64,000 bases of DNA from the human T2T-CHM13v2.0 reference genome, Homo sapiens. The position numbers and the translations under genes were made by a program. Each line of letters opens with the position of its first letter. Position 1 is the first letter of the stretch. The DNA is taken from NCBI RefSeq assembly GCF_009914755.1, contig NC_060943.1; one strand, written 5' to 3'. The notes below the pieces were generated by a model. It saw nothing but the letters and a program-made list of their open reading frames with translations, searched no databases and had not been told where the DNA came from. Below, in pieces: positions 1 to 13,836 of this stretch.

Positions 1-660
1 GCTGAGTCCCCAACTCTGACTGAGCCCCAACCTCACTGAACCCTGACCCCAGACTGTGCCTAAATTCCAGCTGAGTCCTGATCCTAGGTAGAAGCCCACT
101 TTGACTGAGCCCTGATCCCATGCTGAATTCCCAGTCCCGACTGAGCCCCAATCCCACTGAACCCTGAACCCAGACTGATCCTGAATTCCAGCTGAGCGCT
201 GACCCTAGGTGGAAACCCACCTCTGAGACCTGATCCTAGACTGATTCCTGATCTCAGACTGAACCTCAATCCCAGGCTGACCCCCGATCCCAGACTTGGC
301 ACCAACTCCAGACTAAACTCTGACCTCAGGCTAAGTACCAACTCTGAGTCCCAATCCTGATTATGCCTCAGTCCCAGCTAAGCCATGATCTAAGGCTGAG
401 CCCCAACTCTGATTTCCAATATGGACTAAATCTTAATCCCAGACTGAACCTCAATCCCAGCTAAGCCACAATCCAAGGCTGAGCCCAACATTGATCCCCA
501 ATATTGACTGAACCTCAGTTCCAGCTGATCTCCAATCCTAGGCTGGGCCCCAAGTCTGATTCCCAGTATTGACTAAGCCTCAATCCTAGCTGAGACCCAT
601 CTCTGACTGAGCCCTGATCCCTCACTTCACACCAACTCCAAACTGAGCCTTAAGCCCTGC
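1..660. repeat. Degenerate ~18-bp minisatellite (CTGARCCCYRAYYCCAG-like), truncated by the window edge
   Basis: Repeated ctgagcccc/ctgaaccct/gatcccag units; ORF 84..341 shows ~6-aa periodicity (SLGSG repeats). Confidence 0.75.
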
Positions 661-716
661 TGAACTACAACCCCTGACCCTGCCTGCCTGCCTGCCTGCT
701 GGCTGGGCAGTCGCAC

Positions 717-814
717 CTTGTAGGGTGTGGGTGAGTTGTAGTTGTCAGGGAACTCCCAGCTGAGCAGAACTGATGTCTTCATGATCATTTTCACCTTGAA
801 GTTCTTGGGCGAGA
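717..814 (-). CDS. PTPRS: PTPRS exon, FN8 N-part ([33 protein letters not shown]), 98 nt
   Basis: ggcag|TCTCGCCC...TACAAG|gtgcga. Confidence 0.96.
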
Positions 815-1282
815 CTGCCGGGGAGGCGGCCGAGCAGGGAGAGAGCAGAAGAGAGGCCCCATGAGTGCCTGGCACTGGGTGGCGTGAAGCGGGGTGGGGT
901 GGGGCGGCCCAGGCGCTCCCTGTCGTCCGCTGTGCCCATGCCCACGGCCTTCCTGCCTGGCCCTGGCCCGGCCCTGCCCTGTCCTGTCCCAAGTCCCTGC
1001 TTCGGGAGACGGCACGGGTGCAGAGGCTGCAGAAAGAAGGTGGAGGAGGAGGAAGAGGGGGGAGGGGAGCAAGGGGAGGGGGCAGTGGTGGGGGGCGGTG
1101 GTGCCACCGAGGCACGTCCCACCTTTGCCAACGCCGGAGCCTCGGGGTCCGGACTTGCCTTGAGTGACCACGAGGAAGCAGAAAAGTGAGCACTTACCTG
1201 GGCAGGGGAGAGGGAGGGGGCTGGGGTGGGGGTGGGCGCAAGGCCCGGTCCGGCTCTGGTGCAGGGGTCGCCGCGCGCCTAC

Positions 1283-1891
1283 CTTGGTCCCGCAGGAACG
1301 TCCGGTAGCGGACGGGGGGGCTGAAGGGGCCAGGGCCCCGGCGCGTGTGGGCTCGCACTTGGAGGTCATAGGCCGTGTCGGGCTTCAGGCCCTGCAGCGT
1401 GAGCGCGTTCTCCGCGCCCGGCTCAGCCGCTGCCGGCAGCTCAGTCTCTCGGGCAGGGCCCAGGGCACCGGCCTCCCGCACGGCCACCGTGTATTTGACG
1501 ATGGCCCCGTTGCGCTCGGCGGGCACGGGTGGCAGCCAGCGGAGAAGGACGGTCCCGGCCGAGGCGTTGCCGGCCGCCTCCAGAATCTGCGGGTGGCCAC
1601 GGGGCGTGTCCTCCGGGATGCTCAGGACCTCGGCTGCCTCCTCGCCCAGGCCGCCGCGGCTCCGGGCCGCAAGCCGGAACACATACGTGGCCCCCTTGTG
1701 CACGCCTGATGCCGTGTAGCGGTCCTCGGAGGGCGGGAACTCCAGGGTGGCCAGGGGCGTCGAGTCCTCACGGCCAAACTGCAGGCGGTAGCCCAGCACC
1801 TGGTCCTCCGCGGTGCCAGCCGGGGGCTCCCAGCGTGCCAGCAGGCTGCCCTCGGGGGTCTGCTGCACCGACAGGGTTGGGCGGCCCAGCA
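1283..1891 (-). CDS. PTPRS: PTPRS exon, FN6-FN7 (VLGRPTLSV...RTFLRDQ), 609 nt; last exon of the cassette
   Basis: cgcag|TGCTGGGC...GACCAAG|gtaggc; lies within ORF 1194..1892; CpG-rich. Confidence 0.97.
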
Positions 1892-2009
1892 CTGCGGGGA
1901 TACGGGGCAGGTGTCAGGGTCCCAGCGCCATCCGCCAGCCCAGAGGCACAAGGTGGGGTTGTATTTTTAATTCTTTTCCTTCAATATAACATTTTTTTGA
2001 GTTGGGGGG

Positions 2010-2783
<774 letters not shown>

Positions 2784-4320
2784 TAGGTCTCAAGAAAGCC
2801 TCACTTAAGAAGCAAAGACTTGAAAGAAGAAAGAGAGGGAACCACGAGAAGATCTGGGGGAATCGTGCTCCAGGAAGAGGGAACGGCCCATGCAAAGGTG
2901 TAGAGCCGGCACTGGGCTAGGGGCGCATAAAGCACAGCAAGGAAGTGAGGACTCAGAGAACCCCTCCTCCTTCCATTAATAAGGCAACCATCTCCTGCCT
3001 TGTTGATTTGGCCCTTGCTCAATGCAGGCACCTGACCAATACCCATGGGACATAAAGAAATCCAAAATCCGCCCCTGCTCTTTGTTTCGCACAGCCTGGG
3101 TAGTAATCAATGTGCCGAGAGAGGTTCTGGGATCAGGCAAAGAAGGGGGAAAGCTGGGCTGTATACATGAAAATGGACTTCTCTACTGCAGGACTTATCA
3201 GGGCCTTGAATGGACTGCTATGAATACCCAGGGTGGTGGGGAGAGCAGCGTATGCAGTGGTTTCTGCTTAGCAAACACAGCTCTAATACAATGTCCCTGA
3301 GAGAGGAGGGAAGTGCCCTGCTGGCTAGAAGAAGGGAGGGAGAGATCACAGGAGGCTGCTTGGAGGAGGTGGCGTTAGAGCTGGATGCTGGAGGACGCAG
3401 ACAAGGTGCGTGAAGGGAATAGTGTGGACAAGGGCAGGGGCTGTGTCCAGCTGGGAGGCCTGAAAGGTGGGGTACACAGTGGTGTGGCTACAAGGGTCCC
3501 CGAGGAGAGGGTGGGTGTGGGGACTGGGATGAAGGCCACAGAAGTCAGTCGATTGTTCCTGAAACACCCGAGCTTGTTCCGCCCACCACCACCACCACCA
3601 CGCCCCACCCCCCAAGTCTTTTTCTGGGCTGTGCCCTCCGCCCGGTGTACCCTCCCCTTACATCTTCACGGCAGCCTCTTTTTCTTAATTCAGCTCCATT
3701 TTGGCTGGAAAAAAAAGCCAGCCCCTTGGGGACGATGGAAGGGACAATGGAGGGGCTAGAAGGGGAAACTGAGGCAGGGCCACCAAGAGAAAGGTGGCTT
3801 CCTGGTGCAGTAGGGGAAGACAGGTGCACCACCCTGAAATAACAACCTAGCCGGGGCGACCAGAGCCTGGATGGGGGAAGCACAGGAGACTAGGGGGCCC
3901 AGAAGGATCAAGATTATGGGATGAGGCAATCAGGGAAGGCTTTCCAGGGCCAGGTGTACCTTGAGCTGAGACCTAAAGGCAGAAGAGGAGCCAGCCAGCA
4001 GGGGAAGGGGTATCCTGGCAGAGGGAACAGCCCAAGTAAAGGTTGAGAGGGCAAAGGGGTCAGAGGTGGCTGTTAACTGTTTCTGTCTGGTGGGAGCCGG
4101 GGGGACAGGAAGTGAGTGACAAAGGAGGAGGCAGGGGCGGGGGGGGCCAAGCTGGGCCCTGGACACCCACCTGAGCAGCCCTCACACCTTTGTCTCACTG
4201 TTCCAGCTGCCTGGTGCACCCTCTGCCTGCCCTTGTGAGCTCAAGGACTCTGGAGTCACGCTCTGGTGCCAGTGGGGGCAAAGGGGCTGTTGGTGGGTGG
4301 GAGGAGGGCGGGTTGCATAC

Positions 4321-4438
4321 CTGCTCCCTTGGTCACAACCACCTTGGGTTTGCTGCGAGCGCCATCGCCCTTCATGGTGTAGGCGGCTACCGTGATGGAG
4401 TACGCGGTCTCAGGCTGCAAGTTTGTGATGACCATCTC
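4321..4438 (-). CDS. PTPRS: PTPRS exon, FN5 C-part ([39 protein letters not shown]), 118 nt
   Basis: tgcag|GAGATGGT...GGAGCAG|gtatgc. Confidence 0.96.
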
Positions 4439-4928
4439 CTGCAGGCACGGCTGGGGGTCAGCACGACGGCTGGGGCTGGGAGCAGCCCCACCCACCCCCA
4501 CTCCCCGTGCTGAGAACAAGCAAGGAGGATGCAGGGCCCGGATCAGGGGTGGAGACGTGCACATGAGCTCATGCAGAGACCACGACACGTGGCATGGCCA
4601 TGCTCAGAGGGTACATGCAACAACCCAGCCGGACGAGCCCATTGTCGCTTGCCAGGACCAACTCGGTCCTCTCTGCTCCGCTCCCCTCACTCCTTGCCAT
4701 CACCCCCGACAGTCTGTCCTCCCCACAGCAGCCAGAGGGCGCCTGTGAGCACTGGAGTCAGGGTCCGTCCCCGCTCTCCCCACAGCCCTCCATGGCTCCC
4801 ACCTCTCTTGGGGTCAAAGCCCAAGTCTTCCCTGTGGCTCACAAAGGGCTCTCCTTGCTGTTCCTCCAATGCACCAGGCACAGCCTGCCTCAGGCCCTTT
4901 GGCACTGGCCTTCCCCCCTGTCTACACC

Positions 4929-7238
<2,310 letters not shown>

Positions 7239-7910
7239 AAGGGACCAGTGCCAATTTAATGTCAGACCTGGGGTTCTCAGCAGAGACTGGTACTCCCGTT
7301 TTAGGGGCAGAGAGGTAGTCCAGAGAGAGGTAGCAACTTGCCCCAAGTCACACAGCAATTCCTCTCTGGTTTAAAGCATTGTGGGGTTGTAACCAGGCTA
7401 TCACAGACATCCTTCCCCACTCTGGCCCCGCTGACACCTCTCATCACCCGGGGGCCAGAATGAAGACGACAGCATATCCAGAGAGAGGCATTTCTAGGCC
7501 AGACAGGGCTGAATTGAGTGACAGTAAAGGGTGGGGCTGGGTCAACAGGAGAGGAGACATACTCACAGGAGAAATGACTACGGGCAGGAGAAGGACCCAG
7601 GAGGCTTAAGCCCCACCAATGGCAGGAGCCATCAGGGTGAGAGGATTCAGGGACGACCCTCAGGTCCTGTTGCTCAAGCCACCCTCGGGTCTGCCCCCTG
7701 GGGCGCACAGTGGTCCGAGTATCCCATTTCCCTGGTGCAAACATCGAGGCTGGGCGCTCCAAGAGGTAATGGGAGAGCGAGGGGCGCATGGGAGGGCCCA
7801 GAGGAGGAGACCGTTTTACTACTGATGATAAGGGGCGTGCAGGAGTCACAGCACAGCACGGCCCGCGGGAAGCGCACAGCAGTAGGTGGGTGGCCAGGGG
7901 CGCTACTTAC

Positions 7911-7937
7911 ATATTCGGCCGTGTCATCCGTCTCCCA
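7911..7937 (-). CDS. PTPRS: PTPRS microexon meC (WETDDTAEY), 27 nt, in FN5
   Basis: gctcag|TGGGAGACGGATGACACGGCCGAATAT|gtaagt, phase 0-0, long upstream pyrimidine tract. Confidence 0.94.
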
Positions 7938-8085
7938 CTGAGCGCGGGAGGAGGCGGCAGGGGAGAGAGGAGGAAGGTGAGCGGGGGAGGCCAGAGATGG
8001 AGAAAGAGAAGCAGAGGTGGGGGGAGCGCAAGGGCCCGTCCCCGCCCGGAGCCCGTCCCCGGCCCCGCCCCGGCCCCCCGCCCAC

Positions 8086-8279
8086 CTGGGCATCGGCCAG
8101 CATGACGTCCTTGATGCGCGGCGGCCCGCGGGCCTCGGCGCCCTCCATGCGCACGTAGTGGACCTGGTAGCCGCGGATCTGGCCGTGCTGCCGGCCGGGC
8201 GCGGGCGAGCGCCACAGCACGCGGATGGCCGTGGCGTTGAGCGCCTCCGCCTCCACCTTCCGCGGCGGCGCGCTGGGCA
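8086..8279 (-). CDS. PTPRS: PTPRS exon, FN5 N-part ([13 protein letters not shown]...MLADAQ), 194 nt
   Basis: gccag|TGCCCAGC...GCCCAG|gtgggc. Confidence 0.96.
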
Positions 8280-8899
8280 CTGGCGGGCGGGAGGGGAGGG
8301 GAGGGGCGGGCGGAGCCGTTACCAGGGCGCCCGGCCCTGCCCCGGGCAGTGCCACTGTCCGATTCCAGGATGCCGAGTGGCTGCCGGTGAATAACTGGGC
8401 GCTCTTAGCGCTCACCACCGGGCGGGAGGACATGGCCTCCTGCACACCCCCCACAGCCCTGGGAGGGGCCCCTGAAGGTGCGCCCCATGGATCCAGGCTG
8501 CCCCCCCCCGAGTCTAAACCACCTTCCCAGGGCCTCCAGACACCCTCTTCTTCACCCTACACTGCTTCCATCCTCATCATAACCCTGCAAGATAGGGTCT
8601 CCTGTCATTCTCATTTTACATTTGGGGAAATTGAATCCTAGAGAGTTGATTCTGTGATCACAGCCTTAGCAAGAGGCAAAGCCAGGATTTGCACCAGGCA
8701 GTCCAGCTGTATGTTCCTAAATACCCAAGCAGGCAGGTGGCCCACTTGGCACTCAGGATCTTTTTCACCCACCCCAGGGTTTGGCATAAAGAAGAGCTGC
8801 TTCATTTCTTCTCTGGGCTTAGGACATAATGGGGCTGTCCAACGAAACAAAGGCAAATGGCTCAGAAAACGAATCAGGTTCCCAGGACCAAGAGGCTGA

Positions 8900-9355
<456 letters not shown>

Positions 9356-9439
9356 AAGAAGTTGCAATTTTATTGGGAAAGGTGTCTGTCATTTCTCTCC
9401 ATGATCTAGGCTTCGACCACGTGACTCCAAGCTAGGACC

Positions 9440-9585
9440 ACTGCCTTGCTTTCCAGCTTCAAACTTGCTGCTAACTTGAAATGGGTGAGGACGGGAACAT
9501 TTACACCATGGAAATTGGCCAATGCTACACAAACTGGTCTCCATCCACCCGGGGAGCTGGTTAACCATGATCAGCACATTGTTGT
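9440..9585 (+). mobile_element. Short MER63-like fragment
   Basis: atttacaccatggaaattggccaatgctaca...gggagctggttaa, homologous to 5570-5640. Confidence 0.6.
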
Positions 9586-9904
9586 TGCAGGTGCTATTTG
9601 CCACTTCCTCCACCCCATTTCCAAAGGTTTCCACTGTTCCACCAAAATAGAGGGCAGCCAGCGAAACTGTCCAGGCACGAGGCTCTGGGAGCAGATGCTG
9701 CAGAGCTAAGCCTGCCCATGTCTAGAATCGCCAATTCCAAAGTCAAGGAGCCCCGGATTTCTCGGGGAGGCTGCTTGCTTCCCGACTTCCTCCGAGTGAG
9801 GCTTCCGCCCTTTGACCACCAGCCCAGGTTTCCAGATGGAAGGCTTCGAGGCGGGGGCCGGGCTGGGGCCTGCGGGGGGTCCCGGGCCTGGGGCAGGTAC
9901 TTAC

Positions 9905-10210
9905 CATCCTCGTCGGTGCGGACGACCACGGGCGAGCTCTCGGGCCCTGGTCCCACCTCTGTGTGAGCGACAGTCGTGATGCGGTACTGGGTCCACTTCT
10001 CCAAGGCCTCCAGCAGGATCTGAGTGGTGGTCGGGGGGATGCCGTTCACCTCCTTGGGTTCCGGGTCCTCTGAGCCCAGCGGTCGGTAGCGGACGCTGTA
10101 GCCCACCAGGGCCCCGTTGTGCGTTTCCGGCGGCGGCGGGCGCCAACTTACCAAAATGGCCGTGGAGCGCACGCTGACACATTTAACGTCTTGAGGGGGG
10201 GCTGACGGTT
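9905..10210 (-). CDS. PTPRS: PTPRS exon, FN4 (KPSAPPQDVKC...VRTDED), 306 nt; first exon of the skippable cassette
   Basis: caatag|AACCGTCA...GAGGATG|gtaagt. Confidence 0.96.
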
Positions 10211-12255
10211 CTATTGGAGGGGGGGAGAACGTGGGGGGGTGGGGAAGGGAGGTGGGATGGGTGGGGAGGGGGGCGGGGAAACAAAAGATGGGAAAGAGAA
10301 AATAAAAAAGAAGATGATAACAAACAAAACAGAACCAAACCAAAGAGAAGTCGAACCCAAAAGAAGTGGGTGTCAACCAAAGGTGGGATGGGCGGGTGGA
10401 TGGGCGGGCAGGTGGGATGGGGCTGGGAGGGCTGGCCAAGAACCCTGTGCTCACCAGGCTGCACCTACGTGGTGCACAGTAGGTCTTAGGCATTGGACAG
10501 CTATGGTCCCCATGCCAGAAACTGGGTGGGGGAATAGCAAGGGAAGCCCTTCTTACTAGGCACCTACTATGTGCTTGGCATCGTGCCAAGGGGAATAGCA
10601 ACAGGAGCTCCATTTATTAGGCACCTACTATGTGCCAGCACCAAGGGCTTCACAAAATAGTAAAAGCATCTATTTGTTGAACATCTACTATGTGCCAGGC
10701 ACCATGCCAAAGGGAACGGCAACAGAAGCTCCACTTATTAGGTACCTACTATGTGCCAGCACCAAGGGCTTCACAAAATAATAGTAAAATATCTATTTAC
10801 TGAACACCTACTATGTGCCAGGCACCATGCCAAGGGGAACAGCAATAGAAGCTCCATTTATTAAAGGCTTATTATGTGCCAGGTACTGTGCCAAGGGAAA
10901 CAGCAACAGAAGCTCCATTTATTAGGCACCTATTATGTGCCAGGCACCATACCAAGGGGAATGGCAGCAGAAGCTCTGTTTATTAGGCACCTCCTATGTG
11001 CCAGCAACAAGGGCTTCACAAATAGTAAAGCATCTATTTACTCAACACCTACTATGTACCAGGCACCATGCCAAGGGGAACAGCAATAGAAGCTCCATTT
11101 ATTAAGCACTTATTATGCGCCAGGTACCGTGCCAAGGGGAACAGCAACAGAAGCTCCATTTATTAGGCACCTACTATGTGCCACCATACCAAGGGGAATG
11201 GCAACAGAAGCTCCATTCATTAAGCACCTACTATGTGCCAGGCATCATGCCAAGGGGAATGGCAACAGAAGCCCCATTAGGCACCTACTGTGTGCCAGGC
11301 ACCATGCCAAGGGGAATAGCCATAGAAGCTCCAATTATTAGGCACCTACTAATAATTGTGGTAAGGCATTGTGCTGAGGACTCCATAGAATGATAGCAAA
11401 ATAATCTATATGTCAAACACTTACTATGTGCCAGGCACCGTGGCAAGGGGAACAGCAACAGAGCTCTATTAAGCACCTACGATGTGCCAGCGCCAAGGGC
11501 TTCACAAAATAACAGTAAAAGCATCCATTTATTGAACACCTAGTATGTGCCTGGCGCCATGCCAAGGGGAGCGGCAACAGAAGCTCCATTTATTAAGCAC
11601 CTACTATATGCCAGGCACCACGCCAAGGGAAGCAGCAACAAAAGCTCCAATTATTGGGTACCTAGTATGTGCCAGGAACCATGCCAAGGGGAATGGCAAC
11701 AGAAGCTCCAATTATCAGGCACCTACTACGTGTCAAGCATTGTGCTAAGGCTTCATAGAATGGTAACAAAATAATCTATGTCGAACACCTATGTGCCAGG
11801 CACCGTGGCAAGGGGAACAGCAACAGAGCTCTATTAGACACCTACTATGTGCCAGCGCCAAGCACTTCACGAAATAATAGTAAAAGCATCTATTTATTGA
11901 ACACCTACTATGTGCCAGGTACCATGCCAAGGGGAATGGCAATAGAAGCTCCATTAAGCACCTACTACGTGCCAGGTACCATGCCAAAGGGAACAGCAAC
12001 AGAAGCTCCATTTATTAACTACCTACTATGTGCCAGGCACTGTGCCAAGGGGAATGGCAACAGAAGCTCCATTAGGCACCTACTATGTGCCAGCACCAAG
12101 GGCTTCACAAAATAATAGAGCATCTATTTACTGAATATCTAGTATGTGCCACGCATCATGCTAAGGGGAACAGCAATAGAAGCTCCACTTATCAGGTACC
12201 TACTGTGTGTCAAGCATTGTGCCAAGGGCTTCATAGAATAATAGCATAAGAATCT

Positions 12256-12589
<334 letters not shown>

Positions 12590-13522
12590 CTATGTGCCAG
12601 GCAACAGCAATAGAAGCCCCAATTATTAGCTACCTACCATGTGCCAGGTGTCATGCCAAGGGCTTCATACAATAACAGCAAATGCACTTATTTACTGGCC
12701 ACCTACTGTAGGTCAGGCATGGTGCCAAGGGCTTCATAATAATTTACGGAAAATATGGTAAAATTTTTCTTGTAGTAAAAGCATTTATTTACTGAACACT
12801 TGTGCTACCAGGGACCCAAAGCCCATCCCAAAAGCTTACTTCAACTAGGACCATCCAATTGGCCTCACTTGAAAATAATGCCCATGTCTTGAGCACCTAC
12901 TGTGTGCCAGATAGAATGTCAAGGGCTTTATCAAGTAATAATAAAAGTGCCTGTTTATTGGACACCTACTGGTGTCAGGTACCAGGCTCAGGACTTCATA
13001 GCTCATATTGAGCACCTACTGTGTGCCAAAATCTTTAAAGATCACAGCACTTCTGTGTTCAGTCCCAACTATGCACCTGGCACCACACTACATCTACTAC
13101 TAACCTATCAACAGCAAGTCTCATTTATTGAACATCTACTATGGACTGGGTACGGTAACAGGTCTCTGAAGAGAAAAACAGCAGTTGTCATTTAAGCAGC
13201 ACCTACTATGTGCCAGGCACTGTGCCAAAGGCTCTCTCAGAAAACAGTAGTAGTCCCTGCATATTAAACCCCTACTGCGTGCCAGGCACTGTGCTAAGGG
13301 CTGTATCAGAAAAGTTAATAGTCCCCATGTATTAGGCCCCTACTGTGTGCCAGGCACTGTGTTAAAGGCTTCATCAGAAAACGATAGTAGTCACCACATA
13401 TTAAGCACCTATTGTGTGCCAGGTGCTGTGCTGGGGCTTACTGAAAAACAGTAAGTTTCCACATATGAAGCACCTACTATGTGTCAGGCAACTCTACTAA
13501 GGGCCTTACGGAATGTTAATAG

Positions 13523-13836
<314 letters not shown>

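Larger units (their letters stand above)
7860..8460. other. Intragenic CpG-island-like region spanning the FN5 exon and meC
   Basis: Very high GC and CpG density by eye. Confidence 0.7.

Noticed and set aside
9594-10613. 339-aa ORF with an apparent transmembrane stretch before FN4
   Set aside because: The hydrophobic part is the translated U-rich polypyrimidine tract of the acceptor.
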